The notes: generated by a model not told the origin, from the letters alone. Positions 36,671-49,986 are shown, numbered from the whole stretch's first letter. The stretch: 63,614 nucleotides of DNA, filler included, from Hyphochytrium catenoides (GCA_900088475.1; 13 parts of 13 records of this genome joined end to end with filler, not necessarily neighbours in it), one strand, 5' to 3'. Program-made: numbers and translations.

Positions 36671-38604
36671 ACCGTTCTCTCACCACTACCTTCCTTCCAC
36701 TGTCCTCTGTGCGGCAGGTCATAAGGTTGGCCAATACTCTGTTGCTGCCTGCTAATAACTCTCAAGAAGAGGCGAGCTTCGTGCAGCAGCGGCGGCAATC
36801 AGTCTGGGGTTTGCTGCTTTACCCGCAATAGTCTGGGCTTGACTCGACTGCCGTCAGCGAAGAAGCCTGGCCGGCAGAAGAAGAAACTCTACCTTTGAAC
36901 CCTTCAAGAAGAGTCTCTGACAACCCGGTCTTACTATACGGACATTGGAATTTTTATGATCTTACTTTAAGAAGCTGCAAGCTCCCGGCAGACATCTCTC
37001 TCTCTCTCTCTCTGTCCTCTCTCTCTCTCCCTCTCCCCAATCTCTGCCCGAACTAGAAGAAGACTGCAAATTGAGCCTCTAACGAATGGGAGACCGCCAC
37101 ACAGCAGGCGAAGAAGAGAGAAGATAAAGCTTCTGTATGTTTGCTGCTCTCTTCTTCCGCGCCGGTCGACTTCTTGTTTACTCGGCATGGACGCTGAGGG
37201 AACCAAGGCCAAGAGCTGAGGTGAATCCGGGAGGTAGATGAGAGAAGAGGAAAACAAATGGGAGGGTGAACAAAGGAGGGGAGACAGGCCTAGGTAGTAG
37301 TAGTTCAGGGGACAAGAGAGCCACCAGCAGTGCGCTTGGAGATGATGAAAGACAGGAGAGGACAAGAAAGANNNNNNNNNNNNNNNNNNNNNNNNNNNNN
37401 NNNNNNNNNNNNNNNNNNNNNNNNNNNNNNNNNNNNNNNNNNNNNNNNNNNNNNNNNNNNNNNNNNNNNNNNNNNNNNNNGACAGACAGAGAGAGAGAGA
37501 GAGAGACAGTGAGAGAGAGAGACAGAGAGAGAGAGACAGAAAGAGAGAGAGACAGAGAGAAAGAGAAAAGGCAAAAGAGACCAACCAGTAAGGGAGAGAG
37601 ATACAGAGAGAGAGACAGAGTTAGAGAGAGAAAAAGATGGCGGGAGAAAGGAAAACACACCAACAGACACAGACCGTTTCACTGCAACCCAGGTCAACCC
37701 CTCAGTTACCAAGACAGTGATTCTTATAATCACTCGCGGTAAGGAAGACAATGATGGAAGAAGAAACGGACGAGGAGGCGGTGGCGGTGGAGCCCCAGCA
37801 TCGGTCTGAGAGACTTCGACAGCGTCACAGCTGGCAACGGAGGAGAGTGAAGATGATGGGAGGAAGACAGGGAGGAGGAGCTGCTTGGCTGGGCCGCTTA
37901 TAGAGAAGAGCTGGCTCTTCTCTGGCTTCTTCTCGTTTTCCTGGTTGGCCTGCTATCAGCAGTGCGACGAGTCTTTCTCTCTTTCTTCCTCCTCCGTCCT
38001 CTGCCGCGTGCTGCTGCCAAGGGGAACAAGGGGGAAGGAGGGGGGTCCGCCTGGTGCGTGGCAAGCTGGGAGACAAGAGAAGGAAGTTTCAATCTGTATG
38101 TACGGCTAGTAGTAAAGGAAGTCGGTATCATAAAGCATCAGGAAAAGGTAGATAGGGCCATGACTGCTTCCGTCGACTGTCATCAGTTCTAAGTGAAGCG
38201 ACGAAGAGTCGGTCCTTGCTTTTGGGGCTGCGATAACGCACTTAGATGATGAACTCGTCTTCCATTGACTCTTGAATTTGGCATACTTCTCCCGCCCCAT
38301 TGACAGATCTCGACGCAAAGAAAGGAGTTTATAAGACCGATGCTGCAGGTTGCTAAGCTAGCTTCTGCGCCGTTGCTATATATATCATTTTTTCTCTTTT
38401 CAAAGGGCCGGGAGCCTGGATCGAGAAGAAAGAGGGAGATGCTTAACGCTACTAAGTATCGCTCTGCTTAGAATATTCACCATCATCTTAAGTCTTCCGG
38501 CAGTAACAACAGCGGAAGAAGAAGAGGAGAAGATGCGTCGCCAGTGACCTGGTATAGGGAACGCCCTTCTCACACCACTGTTCTCAGCCCGTCTCGCTGC
38601 TGAT

Positions 38605-40200
38605 GTGAGTCCCCTACACCGCCACCACTTCTTGGCCATGGTTCGGCCGGAACCAGTGCTGCGAGACAATAACAAGTTTTGCAAGCCGGTGACAGTCCTG
38701 CTGCGCCTGCGTAGGATATTGACGACGAGCCCGATACGGCTCATATGGCAAGACTTGGCGTTTGTGCTCCTGGGATTCTGTATGTGCAGCCTCTACCTGG
38801 CACTGTTCTCCGCCATGACAGTGCCGTCAATCCGTGTCCCTTTCCATGCGATCCAGACAGGCAGAGAGGGAAAGCAAGAAGCTGTACGACAGTTGGAGGA
38901 ACGCTGTCGAATGTACTTGGACGACGCAAAAGAAGAAGTTGTGCCAGGATGGCTGGGATGGATGACAGATGAGTCTTTACACGGAGACTTTGCTCCTGGC
39001 TCACTGGCGCAACTAAAGTGCCTCGTGTTTGACTCTATCTCTAACTTTGGCAAGTTCCTCTTCTCCTTCTGCATCAACACGCCGTTGTACCTAGCGGGTG
39101 CGGTTTACCAGATCTCTGAGGTATTTCCAGAAGCAAAGGAGAAACCTTTCAAGAAGCGGTGTATAGCTGCATATCTTACGTTTCTGTCGGTCTCCTGGGC
39201 GCTGTACTTGTGCCATGTGGTCCTGCAGTCGGAAGAGATAAGCTACATGGGTTACATCTTGCAGGTATTGCTTATGGGCACCCTGCTGTTTATCCTACAG
39301 AAGCCTGTCAGTCAACAGCTTGCAGTGCTTGGGGCCACTATCGTTCCACCAGTCGCTTGTACGGTGGCACTGAATGGGCTTTTCTATTATATCCTTTTCA
39401 AGAGGAGTCAGACCTTGTCAAGAGTCCTCTTCTCAGTGTTACTTCCAGTGCTTTTCTTTGGACTGACGACTTTGATGGAGCACTGTTTGCTTCGAAGGGC
39501 TGTCCTTGGGGCAAAGGGTACGGCCACAAGCGTCTTATTCTCCATGTATATGGCCAGCGGCCTCCTCCAAATGGTTCCCACTCTGAGATTGGGGGCAGAC
39601 GCCTTGGAGGTCATCTCTGTTTCTACACTTTGCTCCTCAATCTCCAGTGTTGCTATGCTACTCTGGTCAAAGCGACGGGTCCACGTTAGGGCAATTACTC
39701 GGAGAGTAATAAACATTGTCTCCGTCTCAACCAAACAAGGGCGGCAGACGCGACCTGCAATCCCTTCTTCCTCTACCTCTTCCCCATCATCAAACGTGGC
39801 AAAAGAAGCCTTCGAGAACTGGAAGGTCATGTACATCAGTCTCATGAGTGCCACCCTATGCAGCGTGGGAAGTCTGGTGGCGCTGATCCTCTTCCGTAAC
39901 CTATTCCAGACACGCTTCTATCGACATGGACCATCTACACAGTGCTTCGACACCAAGCTACCTCTTCTCCGGTCACTGAGGTTCCACCACGAGTATCTTC
40001 TTTATATCGCTGCCGTCGTGATCCAGACTGTCGGTCTAAGCCTTCTGCTCGATTCCCGACTCAAGATTCCCATAGTTCAGTTGCTCGAGAGCAAATGGAC
40101 GAACAACCTTCGCTGTGTGTTCTTCATTCAACTGTTCTTTGGTCCCTTCCTCTATCCGTGGCTTCTGCACGAGCTGTTACATATAGAGCTCCTGTGCTAA
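38605..40200 (+). CDS. Intronless multipass membrane protein of unknown function
   Basis: 531-aa ORF with about 10 or more hydrophobic segments and no microsatellite content. Confidence 0.75.
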   Translation: MSPLHRHHFLAMVRPEPVLRDNNKFCKPVTVLLRLRRILTTSPIRLIWQDLAFVLLGFCMCSLYLALFSAMTVPSIRVPFHAIQTGREGKQEAVRQLEERCRMYLDDAKEEVVPGWLGWMTDESLHGDFAPGSLAQLKCLVFDSISNFGKFLFSFCINTPLYLAGAVYQISEVFPEAKEKPFKKRCIAAYLTFLSVSWALYLCHVVLQSEEISYMGYILQVLLMGTLLFILQKPVSQQLAVLGATIVPPVACTVALNGLFYYILFKRSQTLSRVLFSVLLPVLFFGLTTLMEHCLLRRAVLGAKGTATSVLFSMYMASGLLQMVPTLRLGADALEVISVSTLCSSISSVAMLLWSKRRVHVRAITRRVINIVSVSTKQGRQTRPAIPSSSTSSPSSNVAKEAFENWKVMYISLMSATLCSVGSLVALILFRNLFQTRFYRHGPSTQCFDTKLPLLRSLRFHHEYLLYIAAVVIQTVGLSLLLDSRLKIPIVQLLESKWTNNLRCVFFIQLFFGPFLYPWLLHELLHIELLC

Positions 40201-41833
40201 CCAATGTAGCTTAAGACTGAGCTTCATATAGTGATGCTGCTTTTCTCGGATTTAGCTCTCACCTTAAGGTTATACAAAGCAGCTTTTTTGACCTTGAAGC
40301 TATGAGGTCATCATACGCCTCACACCGATGGGAGGAGCAGCCGTGCCTCCCGCCGTGATACTAGCGCGGGGTCAACTCTATTCTCTCGATCTCCTTTGTG
40401 ACACCGTCTGCCAACGTTCTCCGGCCTTGTTAAAATAAAACGAGTGGCATCGGCATCAGTTCGCTCGCGCGCAGCACACCAGGTTTCCACATCTGCCTGG
40501 CGTTCCCTAGGGATTGACGGCACGGGACTTTACTGATGTCATTAATTACTTTGTCTTCTCCTCATGCTTGTCCTACATCGGGACTGCGTCGTATCATGAG
40601 GGGTGGCCTGTTCCTCTTCCGCTACTACTGTCCCGGCTTTCGACCTGCTTCCCGTCGTTGCATCAATAGAATTGTTGGGGTCGGAGGAAGAGGCGAATGT
40701 GTTTGAGATCCGGCTTCTTGTGTTGCTCCACACCTCACCAAAAGATGTGTCCGTTCGAGGATCTAACACTAGTAGCTTCAACTGAATGGAGGCTGTACTA
40801 CGAACTGTCAGCAGCATATGGTGCCGCAGTGGCCCTAATAACCCGTGATGCCACTGGCATCGTGCCATCCTGTCGCACCATTATCATCATCATCCTGATG
40901 AGCTCAACGAAGAACAACCAACTCCAGTGGCGGGTTCTAGAGTTCAATGAAGGTCATCGTCCAAGTCAAGGACGACAAATTGGCGGTGTTTCACAGAAGT
41001 GGGGCTTCAGAAGAACGGAACGAAGCCTCGATAGCTAACGAAGCTGCATCCTGGTTGAGCCAATGTGACAGTAGTAGCAGCATGTACGACGAAGATTAGC
41101 AACCATCGTTTTCCTCACAAAATTTGAAGTCAATTTTATTACCTATATGTCGTCAGAGCACAGCAGCAGGCCCTTCCAGCCCCCCTCCTCCTCCCCGTTT
41201 TGGCTTAATTCCGTAAAGCCGGCCTGTCGTCGGGGAACAGCAGGTTCACTGGAAAGCGTAGTTCATCATGACAAGGTTTTCCGGAAGGAGGAGATGATGC
41301 CGCGCGCACAACAGAAGAACGCTTATTGCTGACTGAAAGACGCTGATCATCGACCCTACGACTACCCGATGGGCCCGGCAGTCCCGCCGACTGCTATGCT
41401 ACATTATTCCTTTGGCTCCTCCTCGTCCTCTCCTCCTCCCTCGCTCGCTGCTTGCTCCTCCTCTTCGTTCTCTGCTGCTGACGGCGGCTTACCACCCAGC
41501 GCTAGCCATCCTGTCCCCTATTATTATGCTATTATTCCAACGATCTGCCGGTACTGAACATCGCGCAGCAGCCTGTTGACCAGCCAGCTAGTGGTGACCG
41601 TCCAGCAGCCACTTAGTATGATAAGCACCATTCTCTTCCTCCTGTCTTCTTCTTCATTGAGGGGGCTACAAGGTTGCGGGCCTGAAGCAGCAGCAGCAGT
41701 GGAAGCAGCAGCAGTGGAAGCAGCAGCAGTGGANNNNNNNNNNNNNNNNNNNNNNNNNNNNNNNNNNNNNNNNNNNNTTAATTAATTAANNNNNNNNNNN
41801 NNNNNNNNNNNNNNNNNNNNNNNNNNNNNNNNN

Positions 41834-42047
41834 CATTTCCATCGGCCCTGGGTGATCTTTCTCATCTCTACCGTTATAACCCTGGTGTCCAATCTGTTCA
41901 TCATATTAAGAAGTATCAACCTTCCGTAAAGCGAGATCTCTTCGCTGACAGAAGAGCTCTCATCATAGCGTAACGATATAATGACAACATGCTTCATTCT
42001 GAGCTCCTGGCATTCTGCGATATAATCAATCTCTGCTCTGCTCTTGT
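41834..42047 (-). CDS. Possible coding exon of an unknown gene, truncated at the linker
   Basis: The frame is open after a CAG: DKSRAEIDYIAECQELRMKHVVIISLRYDESSSVSEEISLYGRLILLNMMNRLDTRVITVEMRKITQGRWK. No homology was recognised. Confidence 0.3.
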
Positions 42048-42158
42048 CCTGTGCCGGAGGGAGTCCTCTGGAAGAAAAGTCATAACTTTACGTTTCCTCT
42101 GTCATGTTGGGGAAGTGATGATGCGCTTCCTCTAAGGCACTCGCTACAATCAGAGGGG

Positions 42159-42194
<36 letters not shown>

Positions 42195-42261
42195 CAGCGA
42201 GAAAGAGGAGGGGGGGGAGAGAATGAGAGAGAAAGAAAGAAAGAGAGAGGAGAGAGAGAGG

Positions 42262-42313
<52 letters not shown>

Positions 42314-43493
42314 AGCTGAGAGACCCCCCACTTGTGTGCTTGCTCAGTTGTTCTTCCTACTACTGTTGCAGTACGCCTTCCTTCCTTCTTGATTTCTCAT
42401 TGGTAGTACAAGTAGTTGTAAACAGTAGAACAGTAGTAGTCGCCACTGATTACCAAAGCAAAGTTTACATTGGTTATCAGTATGGGATCTGCTGGATTGA
42501 AGCAAGAACTGAAGAAGCGGGGAAAGGAAAGTGGGAGCGAAAGGATGCCAAGTCTCTCTCTCTCTCTCTCTCTCTCTCCCTCNNNNNNNNNNNCTCTCTC
42601 TCTCTCTCTCTCTCGTTTCTTCTCTCTCTCTTTGGGTCTCTGTCCTCTCTCTTGTGTCTCTCTTCCTTTTCTCTCTGTTTTTTTCTCTCTCTTCCGGGAT
42701 GGCCGATGATAGCACCCGCAGTCTCGTGCTCTGTCTCTTCCCTGCCGCTGTTCTTCGTCGCTAGAGAACCTCTTCCTCTTCTTGTCCTCTTTCTTCCTCC
42801 CTCTCTCTCCTTTATTTCACTGTCTTTCACTTCTCTGTCTCACTCTCTCTCTTCTCCTCTCTCTTTCCTACTCTCCCTGTCTCTCTCGCTCGCTGCGGGA
42901 TCGCGTCTCTCTTCTCCCATCACTGCTCTTCTTCAGTCACAGCTCCTCGCCCTTCCACATAAGTACGATACAAGAGAGAGAGAAGGAGACTGACGACGGA
43001 GCTGAGGAAAAAAAAGAGGGAGAGGAAAGGAGGGAACTTAAGAGAGAGAGAAAAGCAATAGACGGAGAGAGCAATAGACCAAGAGAGAGAGAGCGATGGG
43101 CGGAGAGTGAGAACAGAGANNNNNNNNNNNNNNNNNNNNNNNNNNNNNNNNNNNNNNNNNNNNTTAATTAATTAANNNNNNNNNNNNNNNNNNNNNNNNN
43201 NNNNNNNNNNNNNNNNNNNAGTTCTCTCTGCCTCTCTCTGTCTCTTTCTCTCTTCCTTTCTCTCTTCCTTTCTCTCGCGTTTGTTTTCGTCCCAATGGGT
43301 TTTCGTTGCTCAAGTCTTTTCTCTCTCTCTCTTCCACTCACACACTTGCCAGCTTCTCTATCCTCTCTGCCTTCACACTGCTCTTCTTCCATGTGTTGTT
43401 CCTACAGAAGCCTCATCACTCTCAAAGTGGCAGCTTCTCTTTCTCTCTCTCTCTCTCTCNNNNNNNNNNNNNNNNNNNNNNNNNNNNNNNNNN

Positions 43494-43897
43494 GAGATGG
43501 CTGCGGTGTGGTGGGAGCCACAAGCGATGGCGCGGAGAGGAATCTGCAGCTTCTGCAGCGCAGTGGCCGGCGCTGGCCGGAGAGAGATCTGAATGTCTCC
43601 TCCCTGGCCCAGCTGACCGTGATAGCCTGAGCCCCAGCTGTACAGCTAGAGAGAGAGAGAGAAAGAGAGAGAGACAGAAAATATGTTAGTACTGAGTGAA
43701 CAGAGAGAGAGAAAAGTGTGATAAGAGAGAATGAGGACTACCCTGGGGAGAGAGAGCCAGAGAAGGGAAAGGTAGTGGAAGTCAGCAGAGAGAAAACGAG
43801 AGAGAGAGAGCCAAATTTGGAAGGACCTGCACTTGCACAGATTTTGAAAGCGGAGCTAGAAGGTTGTACATGCTATAGAAGGAAAAGAGAGTGAGCG

Positions 43898-43928
<31 letters not shown>

Positions 43929-44099
43929 GAGAAAGAAGAGAGAGGGTTACCCATCCACAATCAATCATAGGCGGGGGCACGACAATGGCGGCGGAGTGCC
44001 AGGTTCCGGCGGCGAGAGAGAGAATGTGCTTTCCATCGAACTCTGAAAGGCGACAGGGCACGCGGCGGTCCTTCGTGTCTCCCAAGCCCAGGCGACCGC
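43494..44099 (-). CDS. RCC1-repeat protein fragment (2 exons between gaps)
   Basis: Exon 44099-43951 reads GRLGLGDTKDRRVPCRLSEFDGKHILSLAAGTWHSAAIV...CGW. Exon 43645-43494 reads LYSWGSGYHGQLGQGG...LRAIACGSHHTAAIS. Both fit the RCC1 blade consensus. Confidence 0.9.
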
Positions 44100-44135
44100 N
44101 NNNNNNNNNNNNNNNNNNNNNNNNNNNNNNNNNNN

Positions 44136-44166
<31 letters not shown>

Positions 44167-44671
44167 CAATGAGTAAGAGAGAAGATGGGTACTAAGTGAG
44201 AAAGACACATGAGTGGGAGTGAATGTCTGCAATGGAGCCAAGGGAGAGAGAGAGAGAGAGAGAGAAATGTTGCTGTCAAAGCGAACAGGATGCTCTGAAG
44301 AAGACCGAGAAAGAGCAAGCGAGAGAGAGAGAGATTTGTTTGCGCAGCGAGAAAGAGGAAGATATNNNNNNNNNNNNNNNNNNNNNNNNNNNNNNNNNNN
44401 NNNNNNNNNTTAATTAATTAANNNNNNNNNNNNNNNNNNNNNNNNNNNNNNNNNNNNNNNNNNNNAGTTACGATAAGAGATAGCGACACAGCGGGAGAGA
44501 GAAAGAGAGAAGGAAAGAGAGGGAGTGTGAGAAAGAAGGAATGAGAAAAGGTCATTGACAAGAGGAGACGTCACACCCGCTAATTCACTCGCTCTCCATC
44601 TCATCCTGAGCTGGCTTGAAGTCTTTCTCACAATGTTCTCTGACCTGCATTTTTGCTTGCTCTTCTAACAG

Positions 44672-45306
44672 AAAGAGGAAATGAAAGCGCGAGTGCAAGA
44701 CAGAATTGATCTTCTATTGGAAGAAGTACTACGACGGGTGATCCGTAAGAAGAGAGAGATAGAAAAGAGAGGAGTCTTCCAAGGGGAAACCAATGCTGCC
44801 AGAATCCAGGCTATGCTTCTCGTGGAAATGCAGAGAAGGTGTGCTCTTCCCTGTTATCTCACTCTTTCTTCTAGAGCTCCCCGCTGTCTCTCCCTCTTTC
44901 TCTCTCTCTCTCTCTGTCTCCCTTCCAGTTTCTTTCTTCCACTTTTTGCATTGCTCTAAATAAATGTTTCTTTTCTCTACAGAGCATTTCTTCTCTCGCC
45001 ACCTGCACATGGTTCTCGTAAATTCTCTCTCACACTCTTCCTCTCTCCTTCTCTTTCCGGCTGCTCTTTCTCCTTTCTCCCTTCTGCGCTCTCGGGCTGG
45101 TGCGGCACTTTCCATTGATTTATTAACTTCTTGTCTCTTCCTAATGAAAGCATCAAAGTCGGGGACATCCAGGATGAGGTTCTTCAAGAATTGCAAGCAG
45201 AAGCCCAAGGAGCGCCAAAGTATTAGAATAGAGAGCAGTTCTGTTGCCTCTCTCTCCTTCTCTTCTTTTTCTCTCCATTGTCCGTTACACTCTCTACTTT
45301 CAAGCT

Positions 45307-45360
<54 letters not shown>

Positions 45361-46350
45361 GCTCTCCTTTGTTCGCCACTCTACTTGTGCCTTCTTCTTT
45401 GTCTGTCTCTCTTTCCCCTCTCCCTCCGCTTTCTCTCTCTGTTTCCACTCTCTCTCTCTCTTCTCCCCCTATTGCTCAACGCATTGCCTTGTTTGTCGTG
45501 TTCACCTAATCCTCAGCTTTCTATTTCTCCTCGAACTTTTCCCTCTTCTCTATCTTCTTACATCTGTTTCTCTAGGCACTCCGTCCTTGGCCGTGCGGCG
45601 ATGCTGAGTATGTCTGAAGATTTGCAGAAGCAACTGACAAGAAAAAAAGTCTCTCACACTCGAGAAAGTATGATCGCCATCCTAGATAAGGAGAGAGAGC
45701 TTGCCAAGGTAAAGCGGGGGCGGTGATTGCATGAGAGAGAGAGACAGAGAGCAATTGAGAGAAGAAAAGGATGAGAAACACATTGGGAGAAAGAGAGGCG
45801 AGAAAGAGTGTAGGTGAAAGGAAGAAAGAAGAGAGGAGAGAAAGAGATAAGGAGCCATGTTCTCAGAAGATAAAATATTCCAAGGTTGGAACGAAGAAGT
45901 GAGATGAGGAGAGGCGAGAGGTAGGAAAGAGAGAGAACGTCAGATTGAAGAGGATACCAAGGATAGAGAGGAAGAAGGGAAGACGTAGCTTCTGCGTGAA
46001 GTTCTCGTTATGTGTTTCTCTCCTTACCTCTTTCTCTCTCTCTCTCTCTTCTCTTTTTCCGCTATTGCTGTGTAGGGAACAGGGACTGAGGAACCACCTG
46101 AGCGGAGGGATCCATCTCTGAGGAAGAGAGAAGAAGAGGAAAGAACGGGGGAGCGGTAAACTCTAAGACACTTTCTTTTCCAATCAACATTCGGTTTGAT
46201 AAAGGTCTGACCTGCAGGAAAGAGAAAGGAGAGAGACAGATCGACGACCAGCGGACCGTGAGTGAGGCAATGAGGATTAGAGCTCTCGGTACTGCACAGA
46301 GAACAAAGGTAGACTTTAGCAAGGTAAAGATCATAACCGTGTGTGTGTGC

Positions 46351-46411
<61 letters not shown>

Positions 46412-47521
46412 GAACAGGAGAACGAGAACCCGAGAGACAGGAGGAGATAGAGAGAAGACGAGGAAGAGAAAGGGAGGATGAGAAACGGAGCGACAGAAGA
46501 GAGAGAGAAAGGAGAGAGAGAGAATAAAACATAGATAACAGAGAGAGTGAGATAGAGAGAAAGAGAGAGGAGGGAGGAGGGAGGAAAGAGATTGGAAAGG
46601 GAAAGGACACAGAGAAAAATGACAAAGAGAGACAGAAAGACGAGCCGGCCGAGGAAGAGAGACGAGAGAAAGGGAAATGCTGGTGTAAGAGAGACAGAAG
46701 GGTCGCGTATCCCGAGGAAAAGGAGTCCCATGAGCTTTTATGGGCATAAAGGGTAAAGCCAAGGAACAGGGACGAACCGTGTGTCAGGCTGGCAGAAGCG
46801 AGAGGCCTCGGGCCGAGGAACAAGAAGAGAGAGAAAGGGAGAGAAAGACAGAGAGCATACCAGGGAATATAGCGAAAAGAGTCGCACACGGCTGACTTTC
46901 CTGACTCTCTTTTCGGTCCATAGAGAGAGAAAAGAAGAGAGAGGAGAAACAAAGCTCAAGGTTCTTCCAATAGCAAGACCGACGACCTTTCATCCAAATC
47001 GAGGGAAGAGCAAGAAGATCTTCAAAAACAGGAAAGAGAGCAAACTACTTTTCCTCAAAGAGAGAAAAGAGAGACACAAGACTCTTCTCTCTCCCGTCAG
47101 CCTGTGGAGGATCACTCCATGGACGAAACAAGAGCTCCGGCCTCTGTCTGCCTCAGTGCGGCCAGTCCTAGGCATCAGATAGGAAACTCGACCAATGGTC
47201 AGTGATATCTNNNNNNNNNNNNNNNNNNNNNNNNNNNNNNNNNNNNNNNNNNNNNNNNNNNNNNNNNNNNNNGACTTGGTAGGCTCTCCCCGCCGGGGAT
47301 CTGTCTCCTCTTTGCAGAGCGAACAGTCATCTCTCCAGCCTCGACTTGAGGCTTTGTGGGAGAAGCTTCAGGTAGATGTTCATAGCTGGCTCTGGCCCTC
47401 TGACCTCCATCAAACCTAAGTCTCTACTTTGTCTTCGTCGGCCTCTGTCTCTCTGTCTCTCTCTCTGTCTCTCTCTGTCTCTCTCTCTCTGTCTCTCTCT
47501 GTCTCTCTCTCTCCCTCTCTC

Positions 47522-47552
<31 letters not shown>

Positions 47553-48217
47553 CCCTATGAGATCTCACATTCTTTTCTCTACTTTGTCTTCGTCGGCCTC
47601 TGTCTCTCTCTGTCTCTGTCTCTTTCTCTGTCTCTGTCTCTCTCTCTGTCTCTCTCTCCCTCTTTCTCTCCCTCTCTCTCTCTCTCCCTCTCTCCCTATG
47701 AGATCTCACATTCTTTTCTTTTCTTTTCCTTTCCGTCCTTACTTCATACCCTCTCTGTGTCTCTCCAGTGTCCTTCTTCTGTTTCTGTCTGGAATGAACG
47801 GTGCAGGTCATTGGTTTGCAGATATCGCTACTCTTTCTCAAGCTCTCTTACATGTCTAACCTTGCCATCGCCTCCATCCACTCTCCGTAGATGCCCTTCA
47901 AGCAGAAGCTGGCTTTTGTGGAGAAGTATTGTCAAAAAGATGCCGCCGCCAGCTTAAGGAAGAGCGTAGAACTCTGGGAAAAAGCGGCAGAGATGGTGGC
48001 TATGAGAGAGCGGCTTCTCCAGGTACTGGCGTCGCTTTCTACGTATCTCTTTTTCTCTCTCTTTCCCGATCTCTCTCTCTCTCTCTCTCTCTACTTCTTC
48101 CAATCTCTTAAACTCCATTAAGGTACTCTATCAGCCCCGCAATAATCATCCTCCTTCGTTTTCTCTCTTTCCTGACCCTTCCCATAACCCTTTCCTTTCT
48201 ATAAGCCTCTTTCTCTT

Positions 48218-48254
<37 letters not shown>

Positions 48255-49021
48255 TTGCCCTTCTTATGTTCCTCTCTTTCACAATCAACGTTCACTCCTT
48301 TTTCCGCCGCAGGCGATTAAAAAGGTAGAAAGTGGGCTACTGAAGGAGTCGGAGCTAGCTCTATCGCCACACTGCGTCGATTACCTGCAATCCTTAAAGG
48401 TGTATCGCCCTCCTCTCTCGTCTGGATCAGCAAAAAAGATCTGGGTCCAGTCCCTGGCTGAGAGGCTTTCAATTATTCTCTTTTCTGTCCTGACGGAGTT
48501 GGAAGAGAAGACCAACGACACTCTTTCGTACAAGGGTATAAATGCATTGTCTCTTTGTCTCTCTTTCTTGTTATTTCTGTCTCTCTCTCTCTCCTTTTTC
48601 CCGTTCCTCTCTCTGCCGTGATATCTTGTTTTGCCCCCAAAAGACTACAGGGGCGCTGTTGTCTTTCTCGACTGCGGATATGTTTCTCTCTACCTCTTCT
48701 CTAGTGTCGTTTTGCACAAGAGCACGCTACACAGGCCTCAGCCCTTGACTTGTGCTTATCGCTCGCCTTTGTTATGAATCCGTAGGCAACGACTACATCC
48801 GGATTCTCCAGTCAGAGTCCCGCGCAGTCCAACAGCTGAAGCAGCAGATGCATAATTTGCCGCCGGCGTCGTCTCCATCTCTCCTTCTCACTCTGCCAGC
48901 TGCTACCGCTATTATGTCTCTTGAGGATGAGCTTCTTGCCTCTAATCCCTTGACGACCAGATCAGCTAGCAATCCCTCAGTAGTGCCACCTCGCCTGAAC
49001 TCAGCCAGAAGCAAGAGCTAG
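44672..49021 (+). CDS. CCDC87-like coiled-coil protein (partial; middle exons unresolved)
   Basis: Phase-consistent exons at 44672-44838, 45151-45219, 45576-45708, ..-47371, 47891-48022, 48313-48535 and 48786-49021. The C-terminal LQPRLEALWEKLQ|MPFKQKLAFVEKY...VELWEKAAEMVAMRERLL...TNDTLSYKG|NDYIRIL parallels the CCDC87 C-terminal pattern as I recall it. Confidence 0.6.
47422..47720. repeat. Intronic ~155-bp tandem duplication built around a CT microsatellite
   Basis: CTCTACTTTGTCTTCGTCGGCCTCTGTCTC...CTCCCTATGAGATCTCACATTCTTTTCT occurs twice. Confidence 0.8.
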
Positions 49022-49787
49022 CGCTGAATCATAAAGCAAAAGTGAAAAAAGCATACGAGATAGGGAACTAGGGTAAAAGGAGAGAGGAGGAGGGAAAGGA
49101 AAGAGTAAGGGCGCGTCAAACTGTCTCCTGTGGCAATCACTATCTGCAGACAGCAACATTAATGAGTCACCCATTGTCAGATTCTACTACTAACCTGCTC
49201 CTGTGAAGACCGTTTTACCGGCTGCTGCTTGTTGGCAGCTTTGTCCGATTATTCCTCTTCGTCTGCTCTCGTTTAAGGTTTGACGAGGTTCCTCAGCAAA
49301 GATAGGAGTTGAAGAAACCTCGACTCTTCTCCTGCCTTATATGACACAAGGACTTCTGACTATGATTTTTGCTACACCTTCCACTGAAGAAAGACGGATC
49401 GCAGACGACGCTGCGACGTAACAACCTGCATTTGCTGCACACTTGACGTTTTGCTTCAGACAAGCAGGCACATCTGGCTCAGGGACAACCTCCTATCATT
49501 TCAGTCTCAGGCATGAGCTTCTTACCGTCGCCTTTGAACGATCTGCAATAAATGCAGGTGCCTTGGATACATCCAATGCCATTATGGCAAGATAAACAGA
49601 CAGCCATTGAAGAAGTAGGCTAGGATAACAGTGGGCAAGCATACTTCCATGCCATAAGGGTCAGCTAGAATAATGGCCATTGAGCTAACGAGAATGAATA
49701 AAAGTGTATGATTGGGCTAATAAGTTGGTCTAACGATGGGGTCATCTACCCCCATGGCAAAAAGCAATTGTGGAAGCTGGCTCTGCC

Positions 49788-49986
49788 CTGCCCTTCTTGA
49801 AGAATAGAAGAGAAGAACTTGAGCTTATTTAATCCAATAATCTGCAGAATGGAAGAGAACTTGAGCTTATTTAATCCAATAATCTGCAGAATAGGGAGAG
49901 AAGTTGAGCGGATATGATAGAAAGTGCTATATTGTTGGATTAAATAAGCTCAAGTTCTTCTCTTCTATTCTTCAGAAGAAGGGCAG
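49788..49986. repeat. Near-perfect ~55-bp inverted repeat with an internal ~43-bp tandem duplication (hairpin/MITE-like)
   Basis: Arm 49788-49841 (CTGCCCTTCTTGAAGAATAGAAGAGAAGAACTTGAGCTTATTTAATCCAATAAT) is nearly the reverse complement of 49931-49986. Confidence 0.88.
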
